From Geotalea daltonii FRC-32 (lineage in GTDB: Bacteria > Desulfobacterota > Desulfuromonadia > Geobacterales > Geobacteraceae), in the NCBI RefSeq assembly GCF_000022265.1, contig NC_011979.1:30001-62000 (forward strand): 32,000 bases of DNA. The letters run 5' to 3'. The notes below the pieces were generated by a model, which worked only from the letters and a program-made list of their open reading frames with translations, was not told where the DNA came from and did no database searches. Of the stretch, positions 24,036 through 32,000 are shown in pieces. Both the position numbers and the translations under genes were made by a program. Every line of letters starts with the position of its first letter. The stretch's first letter is position 1.

Positions 24036-24168
24036 GAGTCTGTCGGACTTAGAATGAATCGGCTGCGAAAATGGCAAATAGGTCCACTATTCGCTCTCAA
24101 ATTTCCAAATATCCGTCCTCGATTTTCCATTCTCTCGCTTCGATCCCTAAGTTCGACAGACTCCTAGC
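24031..24168. repeat. 138-bp rod-like imperfect palindrome (MITE/REP-like or large terminator) overlapping the znuB stop codon
   Basis: Terminal arms are gctaggagtctgtcggacttag (24031-24052) and ctaagttcgacagactcctagc (24147-24168), 21/22 complementary. Interior segments also pair (gaatcg/cgatcc, gcga/tcgc, aatgg/ccatt, aaatagg/cctcgattt). The znuB TAG (24033-24035) lies inside the left arm. Confidence 0.8.
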
Positions 24169-24299
24169 CCTCCGTCTCTCCGCCAAGCAAGAACCAGCCA
24201 TCCTTTAGTTCTCTCATTAATTTTTGAGGTTACCTTAAGCTTTCAGGCAAGCTGCCGATAAGGCATATGAAATGCCAACAACAAAGGCGAGGGAGACCT

Positions 24300-24743
24300 A
24301 TGTCCAGTCATCAAAGCGTAACCATCCTTCTGGTGGAGGATGACGCGGGCCATGCACGGCTTATCGAAAAGAACCTGCGCCGCGCAGGAGTGGCCAACGA
24401 AATAATACATCTGGATAATGGCCAGAAAGCGATTGATTTTCTGTTCAATGAGGGAGAGTTCACCGGTCATGAAAACAGGGTGCCGTTTCTGATCCTTCTC
24501 GACCTGAACATGCCGGTGCTGGATGGCTATCAGGTGCTGAGCAGAATCAAGGCAAATGAGCGCACCCGAAACATTCCGGTGGTCATGCTCACCACCACCG
24601 AAAATCCCCGGGAAATCAGCCGATGTTACAGTCTGGGGTGCAATATCTATGTAACCAAGCCGGTTGACTACGACAGCTTTTCACAAGCCATCCGCAATCT
24701 GGGGCTGTTTCTCTCCATCGTCAAGGTTCCCGACGACCTGTGA
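24300..24743 (+). CDS. Stand-alone CheY-like response regulator receiver protein
   Basis: Start taken at Met12 of track ORF 24267..24743. The ATG at 24300 follows GGGAG. ILLVEDDAGHARLI...LILLDLNMPVLDG...CNIYVTKP. Confidence 0.8.
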   Translation: MSSHQSVTILLVEDDAGHARLIEKNLRRAGVANEIIHLDNGQKAIDFLFNEGEFTGHENRVPFLILLDLNMPVLDGYQVLSRIKANERTRNIPVVMLTTTENPREISRCYSLGCNIYVTKPVDYDSFSQAIRNLGLFLSIVKVPDDL

Positions 24744-26101
24744 CAACAATAACGGCATCCTGTTCAGAAAGGGACGATCCGGTGGCGGCCAAAAACTCAG
24801 TGAGCATTCTCTATATGGAAGATGATGCGGGTCTGGCTCGGCTTTTACAGCGAAACCTGCAGCGGCTCGGCTATGTGGTGGACGTTGTCGACAATGGCGA
24901 GAAGGGTCTGGCGATGCTTGAAGGTGGAGGATACGACCTGGTGCTCCTGGATTACCATATGCCGGTCTGCGGGGGGATGGAGGTCTTAAGGGCCATGACC
25001 GCCAGAGGACTGCCGCCGGTGATAATGGTAACCGGCAATGGCAACGAAAAGATTGCGGTGGAGGCGTTGAAGCTGGGGGCCAACGATTACGTGGTTAAAG
25101 ATGTGGAAATGGGTTACCTGGAGCTGTTGCCCATGATCATTGAGCAGGTGCTGGAGAAGGAGCAGCTGGTCCGGGAGCGTGAACAGATGCTCCATGCCGT
25201 CAGGGAGAGCGAAGAGCGATACCGGAAGCTGGTGGAGCTTTCTCCGGACGGCATCGCCATTCATCAGCATGGGAAACTGGTCTTCATCAACCCCAATGGG
25301 CTGGAAATACTGGGGGCAAGGGAAGAACAAGAGCTTCTCGGAAAGGACTTGGCTGGAATTATCCAGCCGGCCTTCCGCGACCGGCATCTTCCTGGGCTGG
25401 GACTGCTGGTGGAGGAGCAGGAGGACTTCCCTGTAATTGAAGAGAAATTTCTGCGTCTCGACCAGACCGAGGTGGATGTGGAGGTGACAACGCTTCCTTT
25501 CACTTTCAATAACGAGCCGGCCTTTCAACTGATATTCCGCGATATCAGCGAACGGAAACAGGCCTATGACCGCCTCCAGTACATGGCCAATTTCGACCCT
25601 CTCACTTCTCTTCCCAACCGGATCCTCTTCTTTGACCGCCTTGGCCAGACTGTCTCCCATGCCAGGCGATACAACCAGATGTTTGCCCTCCTTTATGTGG
25701 ATCTGGATCGTTTCAAACCCGTTAATGATAACCTGGGACACGACGTGGGGGATATGCTGCTCCGGGAAGTGGCCGGCAGAATGACCGGTTGCATACGTGA
25801 TGCGGATACGGTGGCGCGCATGGGTGGGGATGAGTTTTGCATAATCCTGTCGAAAATCGCCGGGAAGGGTGATGCAGAAACAGTGGCAGGAAAAATCATC
25901 GCCGCCCTCGATGTTGATTTCTGTTTGCGTGGGCACCAATGTTCGATAGGGGCCAGTATTGGTATCAGTATCTTCCCTGCGGACAGCGATGATCCGCAGT
26001 TGCTGCTGAAGATGGCGGACATGGCCATGTACAATGCCAAGGAAAACGGGCGCAACAGGTTCTGCCTTTTTGCCGATCAATCCCTGATGGTGGACCAATG
26101 A
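24740..26101 (+). CDS. Response regulator-PAS-GGDEF diguanylate cyclase (paralog 1)
   Basis: Track ORF. Its GTG start overlaps the upstream stop (GTGA). REC (ILYMEDDAGLARLL...LVLLDYHMP...ANDYVVK), PAS (RYRKLVELSPDGIAIH), GGDEF active site RMGGDEFCIIL with I-site RDAD five residues upstream. Confidence 0.85.
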   Translation: MTTITASCSERDDPVAAKNSVSILYMEDDAGLARLLQRNLQRLGYVVDVVDNGEKGLAMLEGGGYDLVLLDYHMPVCGGMEVLRAMTARGLPPVIMVTGNGNEKIAVEALKLGANDYVVKDVEMGYLELLPMIIEQVLEKEQLVREREQMLHAVRESEERYRKLVELSPDGIAIHQHGKLVFINPNGLEILGAREEQELLGKDLAGIIQPAFRDRHLPGLGLLVEEQEDFPVIEEKFLRLDQTEVDVEVTTLPFTFNNEPAFQLIFRDISERKQAYDRLQYMANFDPLTSLPNRILFFDRLGQTVSHARRYNQMFALLYVDLDRFKPVNDNLGHDVGDMLLREVAGRMTGCIRDADTVARMGGDEFCIILSKIAGKGDAETVAGKIIAALDVDFCLRGHQCSIGASIGISIFPADSDDPQLLLKMADMAMYNAKENGRNRFCLFADQSLMVDQ

Positions 26102-28059
26102 AGATTCGCGGCAAGCTGCTTACGGGATATTTTCTGGTCGCCCTGTTCACCGCTGTGGTTGGCTGGTTCGGCATGCGCATCGTAAACACGGTCAGTGAAG
26201 AGTTCAAGCGCCAGGCCGAGGATGAAATCCCCCTCGGTCGCTCCCTGCAGGAGCTGAAATATGCCGGCTTGCGGATTGTTTCCTCCACGGTTGAGTATGG
26301 GTTTCTCTGGCAGCAAGGGGACAGAGAACTATTCCAGGGTGAACTGGCAGAGGAGAAGAAATTTATTGCTGAGGGAATCAGCTCTTACTACAAGGCGCTG
26401 GGCCGCTACGAAAAGGATCTGCTGAGACATCACCGCGGTGTACGGGACCAAGGACACGACAGGATAAATGAGAGCGGGGAAGCGTTGATAAAAACAGCCG
26501 CGGCCATCGTCAGCGCTCTGGAAAAGAGCCGTCCTGCCAGAGAATTGGTCGAACTGAAGGAGAAGAACGAAAGGGCAGAACGGCAGTTTCTGCAGGCGGT
26601 AGAGCAGGAATCCCAGGAAAACGCCAGGGATTTTGCCGAAATCAAACAGTTTACTTACCGGACAATGCAGGGGGCACTGCAAAATATCGTCATGGTTACC
26701 GGCGCCACTTTCGCCCTTGCCATTCTGTCCGGCATGGTCATCTCAGCTTCCTTTTCCCGGCGACTTCGAACCCTGCAAAACGCCGTCCGGAAAATGGGAG
26801 AGGGAGATTTGAAAGCGGCCATCCACATCGGCCCGGAGGATGAAATCGGGGCGCTGGCCAAATCGTTCCAGGGCATGGCGCAAGCCCTCCATCGCTCCAC
26901 TCAGGAGATTATCGCCGGCAAGGACTATTTCAGCGAAGTCATCCACTCCATGATGGACGCCCTCATCGTCGTCTCGCCCGATGGGGCGATACAGCAAGTC
27001 AATGGTGCAGCCTGTGCCATGCTCGGTTATGACGACGAGCCGGTTGGCAGACCTTTAAAAGAAGTATTGCCCTATTGTTCCCTGGAAGAACTGGTCAACC
27101 TGGGCTACCTGAGCGATGAGGAAAGGACCTTGGTCGCCAGGGACGGCAGAAAAATTCCCGTGGCCCTTTCCATCTCCATTATCTGGAATCCTGATAACAG
27201 CATGCGAAGCCTGGTTTGCGTGGCCCATGATATCACCGGCCGCAAGCAGTGGGAGGCAATGCAGAGACGCTACAACCGGGAGCTAAAGGACAGCAACGAT
27301 GAACTGAGGGGGTTCGTCTACACCATTTCCCATGATCTGAGGACGCCGTTGGTGAACATCCGGGGCTTTGCAGGTGAGTTGGCCGACAATCTCAAGGAAC
27401 TGTCCGCGGTGCTTGAGGAAGCCATGCCCCATGTGGGAGAAGCAGCCAGGGGACGAATGGTGGAAATAGTCAGAAGTGAAGTGCCGGAGGCCCTGCATTT
27501 CATCACAGATTCTGTGCGGAAGATGGACGGGATGCTTTCCTCCGTCCTCAGGCTGTCCCATCTGGGGCAGCGCAAGATGACGGTTGAGCCGGTGAATGTG
27601 AGCGAGCTGGTGAAGGGTATAGGGGCACGGCTAGGGAAAACCATTGATGGGGCAGAGGCTGAGGTGATAATTGGCGATCTGCCGGATTTGGAAACGGATA
27701 GAGCTGCGCTGGAGGAGATAATGGGCGGACTTCTGGATAATGCAGTCAAGTACCGCGCCCATGGACGCAGGGCCAAGGTCGAGGTAAGTGCCGAGAATTC
27801 GGACGAGGGCTGGCTGTTCCATGTCCGCGACAATGGGGTCGGCATCAGCGAAGAGGATATTGGCAAGATATTCGATCCGTTTCGCCGTGCCGGCAAACAG
27901 GAGTCTACGGGAGAGGGGATGGGGCTGGCATATGTACGGGCACTGGTAAAACAATGCCATGGCCGCATATGGTGTTCCTCTGAAGTGGGCACAGGAAGTA
28001 CTTTTTCTTTCACCATAGGGGAAGAATGGCTAACTACAGCGCAGGGAGGCAGAGCATGA
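26098..28059 (+). CDS. Sensor histidine kinase (TM, ~170-aa helical sensor region, TM, HAMP, PAS, HisKA, HATPase_c)
   Basis: The ATG overlaps the upstream TGA (ATGA). HAMP: RRLRTLQNAVRKMGEGDL...EIGALAKSFQGMAQAL. H-box: FVYTISHDLRTPLVNIRGF. N/G boxes: LLDNAVKY, RDNGVGI, GEGMGLAYV. Confidence 0.85.
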   Translation: MKIRGKLLTGYFLVALFTAVVGWFGMRIVNTVSEEFKRQAEDEIPLGRSLQELKYAGLRIVSSTVEYGFLWQQGDRELFQGELAEEKKFIAEGISSYYKALGRYEKDLLRHHRGVRDQGHDRINESGEALIKTAAAIVSALEKSRPARELVELKEKNERAERQFLQAVEQESQENARDFAEIKQFTYRTMQGALQNIVMVTGATFALAILSGMVISASFSRRLRTLQNAVRKMGEGDLKAAIHIGPEDEIGALAKSFQGMAQALHRSTQEIIAGKDYFSEVIHSMMDALIVVSPDGAIQQVNGAACAMLGYDDEPVGRPLKEVLPYCSLEELVNLGYLSDEERTLVARDGRKIPVALSISIIWNPDNSMRSLVCVAHDITGRKQWEAMQRRYNRELKDSNDELRGFVYTISHDLRTPLVNIRGFAGELADNLKELSAVLEEAMPHVGEAARGRMVEIVRSEVPEALHFITDSVRKMDGMLSSVLRLSHLGQRKMTVEPVNVSELVKGIGARLGKTIDGAEAEVIIGDLPDLETDRAALEEIMGGLLDNAVKYRAHGRRAKVEVSAENSDEGWLFHVRDNGVGISEEDIGKIFDPFRRAGKQESTGEGMGLAYVRALVKQCHGRIWCSSEVGTGSTFSFTIGEEWLTTAQGGRA

Positions 28060-28877
28060 AAAGAGATCTTATTTTCAAAAGGGCCATGGTCTGCTTGATC
28101 GTGGCGGGGTTTCTGACAGCCACAGCGGCATCGGCAGAAACAGTGATAAAAGTCGGGGGCTCGGGGGGGCCTCTGGGCTCGGCGAAGCTCTTGGCCAAAG
28201 CATACATGAAGATCCATAAGGGAGTGTCCATCAAGGTACTGCCGAGCCTTGGCAGTTCGGGAGGGATAAAGGCGGTGATCGGGGGGGCAGTTGACATTGC
28301 CCTCAGTGGCCGGCCGCTGAAAGCAGAAGAAAAATCCAGGGGCGCCGTGGAGACGAAATATGCCAGATCGCCGTATGTTTTCATAACCCATCGGCAAGTC
28401 AACAAAGAGTCAACAACCATCAGAGAGGTGGAACAGTTATACGGCGGCAAGATCAGGGAATGGCCGGACGGCAAGCAGGTTCGCCTGGTAATGAGGCCGG
28501 AAAGCGATTCCGATACCAAGCTGCTGCGCAGCCTCTCTCCTGGTATGGATCAGGCCGTTTTGTCAGCGATCCGCCAGCCGGAAATGAATTTTGCCGTCAC
28601 CGATCAGGATAGCATCGACATGGTGATGAAGATTCCCGGCAGTTTTGGCGGAGCCACACTGACACAGGTTTTGACAGAAAAATTGCCGGTAAAGGTGTTA
28701 GCCCTTGATGGCGTGCAGCCCAAGGCCAAGACGATGAAGGAAGCCTATCCGGTCTGGAAGGAGTTTTACATAGTAACCCTGGGCAACTCATCGGAAGCGG
28801 CCAAGGAATTTGCCGCTTTTTTCTCTTCGCCGGCCGGCAGGAAAATTCTTGCAGCAAACGGCAATCAACCGCTCTAA
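28056..28877 (+). CDS. Periplasmic substrate-binding protein (type 2 PBP, PstS/phosphate-binding-like). No cognate ABC permease or ATPase is nearby.
   Basis: Start taken at Met11 of track ORF 28026..28877. The ATG at 28056 follows GGGAGG and overlaps the HK stop (ATGA). Signal peptide: MKRDLIFKRAMVCLIVAGFLTATAASA. IKVGGSGGPLGS and GSSGGIKAVIGGAVDIALSGRPL resemble PBP_like_2 proteins. The family call is from memory. Confidence 0.6.
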   Translation: MKRDLIFKRAMVCLIVAGFLTATAASAETVIKVGGSGGPLGSAKLLAKAYMKIHKGVSIKVLPSLGSSGGIKAVIGGAVDIALSGRPLKAEEKSRGAVETKYARSPYVFITHRQVNKESTTIREVEQLYGGKIREWPDGKQVRLVMRPESDSDTKLLRSLSPGMDQAVLSAIRQPEMNFAVTDQDSIDMVMKIPGSFGGATLTQVLTEKLPVKVLALDGVQPKAKTMKEAYPVWKEFYIVTLGNSSEAAKEFAAFFSSPAGRKILAANGNQPL

Positions 28878-28901
28878 AAACCAATTTGACTGGTACCGAC
28901 C

Positions 28902-30212
28902 ATGAGTTCTGAACACAACAAATTGATAAGAATTACCAGCTGCATTGCCGGAACGGTTGCAATTGCCATAACGGTTGCTTTGCCCCTCATCTACTTCCTG
29001 GTTTCCTATAAATATACGATGGGAGGTCTGGAAACAGAGGCTGAAATAAACGCCCGCAATATAGCCTCCATCATCAGAAGTAATCCCGATTTATGGAAAT
29101 ATGAAACGCCCAGGCTTTATGAACTCCTGGCAAGAAGACCACGGGCAGGGCACGCCGAGACAAGGCGGATATTCGACAAGGGTGGAGAGCTGGTGGCGGA
29201 AAGCACCGACAGGCTGAATCCCCCGGTGGTCAGCAGCACCTATCCCCTGAAAGATTCAGGGGTGGAGGTAGGAAAAATAGAAATCAGCCGTTCACTTGCT
29301 CCCCTTTTGCTGCGCGTCGGTCTGGTGGCGCTGATAGGTATATTCTTGGGGACCGCTGTTTTCATTTCGCTGTTGATGATGCCAAAAAAGGCGCTCAATG
29401 AGTTGAAACGGGCTGAAGAGAGGCTGCAGCACTTTGCCCAGAACCTTCAGGAGGTCAATGAGGAGCTTAAGAACTTTGCCTATATCATTTCCCACGACCT
29501 CCGGGCGCCTTTGGTAAATGTCAAAGGCTTTACCGGCGAGTTGCAGGCCTGCATGCAGGAGCTGGATTCCATCACGAGAAGAAGGGAATGCGATTTAGAC
29601 GGCAATGACGGCAAAAGACTCACCGAGATTCTTGAAACCGATGTCCCTGAGGCGATCGGGTTCATCACCTCATCGGTGAGCCGTATGGATACACTGATCG
29701 GCCTGGTTCTGAAGCTGTCCCGCCTTGGGCACCGCGAGTTGAAACCGGAGCCGGTCGATCTCAACGAGCTGGTGGACGGTATCCTGAAAACGCTGACCCA
29801 TCAGCTGGAGCAGAAAAATGCCCAGGTGAGCGTCGGAATGCTGCCAGAGGTAGTCCAGGACAGAGTTGCCCTGGAGCAGATTATAGGTAATCTGCTGGAT
29901 AACGCCGTCAAGTACCTTGACCCGGAGCGACCGGGCAGGCTTGAGATCTCGGCGGAAAAGACGCATGAGGGATACATCTTCAACTTTCGCGACAATGGCA
30001 GGGGAATTTCCCTTGATGACCAGAACAAGGTGTTCGACATTTTTCGCCGGGCAGGCAAACAGGATGTCCAGGGGGATGGGATGGGACTTGCCTACGTAAA
30101 GGCTCTGGTGCGGCGACTCGACGGCCAGATCTGGTGTGCTTCGGAATTCGGTGAAGGGAGCACCTTCAGTTTTAGCCTGCCATTGACAGAAGACGGCATG
30201 GGAAGAGTATAA
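28902..30212 (+). CDS. Sensor histidine kinase (TM, ~115-aa periplasmic loop, TM, coiled coil, HisKA, HATPase_c), paralog of the 26098 kinase core
   Basis: Track ORF. H-box: FAYIISHDLRAPLVNVKGF. N/G boxes: LLDNAVKY, RDNGRGI, GDGMGLAYV. The C-terminal 240 aa align residue-by-residue with the 26098..28059 product. Confidence 0.85.
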   Translation: MSSEHNKLIRITSCIAGTVAIAITVALPLIYFLVSYKYTMGGLETEAEINARNIASIIRSNPDLWKYETPRLYELLARRPRAGHAETRRIFDKGGELVAESTDRLNPPVVSSTYPLKDSGVEVGKIEISRSLAPLLLRVGLVALIGIFLGTAVFISLLMMPKKALNELKRAEERLQHFAQNLQEVNEELKNFAYIISHDLRAPLVNVKGFTGELQACMQELDSITRRRECDLDGNDGKRLTEILETDVPEAIGFITSSVSRMDTLIGLVLKLSRLGHRELKPEPVDLNELVDGILKTLTHQLEQKNAQVSVGMLPEVVQDRVALEQIIGNLLDNAVKYLDPERPGRLEISAEKTHEGYIFNFRDNGRGISLDDQNKVFDIFRRAGKQDVQGDGMGLAYVKALVRRLDGQIWCASEFGEGSTFSFSLPLTEDGMGRV

Positions 30213-30229
30213 ACCACGGGAGAAGAACA

Positions 30230-31570
30230 ATGGTCGACGAAATGGGTGCAGTTGACGGCAAAGCCGATGGCGCTCGTATTTTATATATGGAAGATGATGC
30301 CGGGCTGGCCCGGCTGCTCCAAAGGACCCTGCAGCGGCTTGGGCACGTGATAGACCTGGCGGAGAATGGCGAGCTGGGGCTGGCCATGTCGGAAAAGGTG
30401 GAATACGATGTAATCCTGGTCGACTACAACATGCCTCTGTGCGGCGGTATAGATGTGCTGCGCATCCTGACCGCGCGGGAAAAACATCCACCAGTGATCA
30501 TGGTAACGGGCAGCGGCAATGAAAAGGTAGCTGTGGAAGCACTGAAGCTGGGCGCCACGGACTATATCGTCAAAGATGTGGAGATGGGCTATCTGGAGCT
30601 GCTTCCACTGGTTATTGATCAGGTATTGCAGAAACAACAGCTTGTTGCCGAGCGGCAGCAAATGCTCACCGCCATCCACGAGAGCGAATGGCGATACAGA
30701 AAGCTGGTTGAACTGTCTCCCGACGGGATCGTGATCTGCTCCGCCGGGAAATTCGTCTTCATCAATCCCGCAGGTGTGAGCCTTTTGGGTGCGCCGGAGG
30801 CGAAGGACCTGCTGGGAATGGCCATGCTCGACTTCGTCCATCCCGACTTCAAGGAAATATTCAAGGCACAGCTGAGGCAGATGGAAGATTCGGGATATAA
30901 CGTCCCCTGGATTGAGGAACGGTTTATCCGTTTTGACATGGCCGACATAGATGTTGAGGTCTCAGGCGTTCCCTTTACCTTCAACGGCGAACCAGCCGTG
31001 CAAATCATCTTTCGCGACATCACCGAACGCACCCTGGCCAAGCGCCGCCTGGAACAGTTGGCCCATTACGATATGCTCACTTCATTGCCCAACCGGACGC
31101 TGTTTTTCGACCGCTTCAATACCAATCTGGAACAGGGCAAAAGGTACGGCATTGCTTTTGCCCTGCTGTTTCTTGATCTGGATCGATTCAAGCAGATCAA
31201 TGACCAGGACGGGCATGATGTGGGAGACCTGCTGCTGCAGAAAGTTGCGGAGAGGCTGAAAGGATGTCTGCGTAAATCCGATACGGTAGCACGTATGGGG
31301 GGAGACGAATTCGCCGTAGTTCTCTCCCGGATCAGCGAGAGAAAGGATGCCGCAACTGTAGCGAAAAAGATTATCGGCGAGCTCTCCGTGCCCTTTCAAC
31401 TTAAGGGGAAGGAGGGTTCGATCGGCGTCAGTATCGGCATAAGTATCTTCCCTGATGACGGCACCGATTTGGAAAGCCTGCTGAAACACGCCGACACGGC
31501 CATGTATCGTGCCAAGCAGGGTGGCAGCCGGTTCGAATTTTACCAGGCAGGAGAGGGTAATTTAACTTGA
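30230..31570 (+). CDS. Response regulator-PAS-GGDEF diguanylate cyclase (paralog 2)
   Basis: Track ORF. ILYMEDDAGLARLLQRTLQRLG, VILVDYNMP, RYRKLVELSPDGIVI, RMGGDEFAVVL with I-site RKSD. By eye about two-thirds identical to the 24740..26101 product. Confidence 0.85.
   Translation: MVDEMGAVDGKADGARILYMEDDAGLARLLQRTLQRLGHVIDLAENGELGLAMSEKVEYDVILVDYNMPLCGGIDVLRILTAREKHPPVIMVTGSGNEKVAVEALKLGATDYIVKDVEMGYLELLPLVIDQVLQKQQLVAERQQMLTAIHESEWRYRKLVELSPDGIVICSAGKFVFINPAGVSLLGAPEAKDLLGMAMLDFVHPDFKEIFKAQLRQMEDSGYNVPWIEERFIRFDMADIDVEVSGVPFTFNGEPAVQIIFRDITERTLAKRRLEQLAHYDMLTSLPNRTLFFDRFNTNLEQGKRYGIAFALLFLDLDRFKQINDQDGHDVGDLLLQKVAERLKGCLRKSDTVARMGGDEFAVVLSRISERKDAATVAKKIIGELSVPFQLKGKEGSIGVSIGISIFPDDGTDLESLLKHADTAMYRAKQGGSRFEFYQAGEGNLT

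Positions 31571-32000
<430 letters not shown>

Noticed and set aside
24986-30491. Long minus-strand ORFs at 24986..26098, 27318..28397 and 29670..30491
   Set aside because: Antisense shadows of the GGDEF and kinase genes. No domain signatures or RBS.

Overview
This is a roughly 32 kb chromosomal window of moderately high G+C. Gene content suggests a Geobacter/Desulfuromonas-type anaerobe, but that is inference only.

Gene order, left to right:
- A U32 peptidase on the minus strand. It is open at the window edge and absent from the ORF track.
- A REC-PAS hybrid histidine kinase.
- A small secreted protein.
- A type I-beta DAHP synthase.
- A secreted protein with two OB-like repeats.
- A YqaA/DedA membrane protein.
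- An M16 peptidase.
- A tightly packed anaerobic cobalamin operon: cbiX-cbiC-cbiD-cbiET-cbiL-cbiF-[low-GC KilA-N insertion]-cbiG-[secreted unknown]-cbiH::cobQ fusion-cbiB-cobD.
- A convergent PilZ protein.
- An autoregulated zur-znuACB zinc uptake operon.
- A six-gene, translationally coupled two-component/c-di-GMP cluster: REC, REC-PAS-GGDEF, HK, periplasmic binding protein, HK, REC-PAS-GGDEF.
- The 5' part of tadA.

Most noteworthy observations:
1. An unannotated 30-codon Phe/Tyr/Trp-rich leader ORF with mutually exclusive terminator and antiterminator hairpins lies upstream of the DAHP synthase. This is a candidate aromatic amino acid attenuator.
2. A 78-nt palindromic repeat element is read through in frame as the linker of a CbiH-CobQ fusion.
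3. Paralogous HK-to-diguanylate-cyclase modules flank a single periplasmic binding protein.
4. Several long imperfect palindromes and heptad/21-bp tandem repeats occupy the few intergenic gaps.

No rRNA, tRNA, CRISPR array or transposase was seen. All calls come from reading the sequence and the ORF track. No database search was run.
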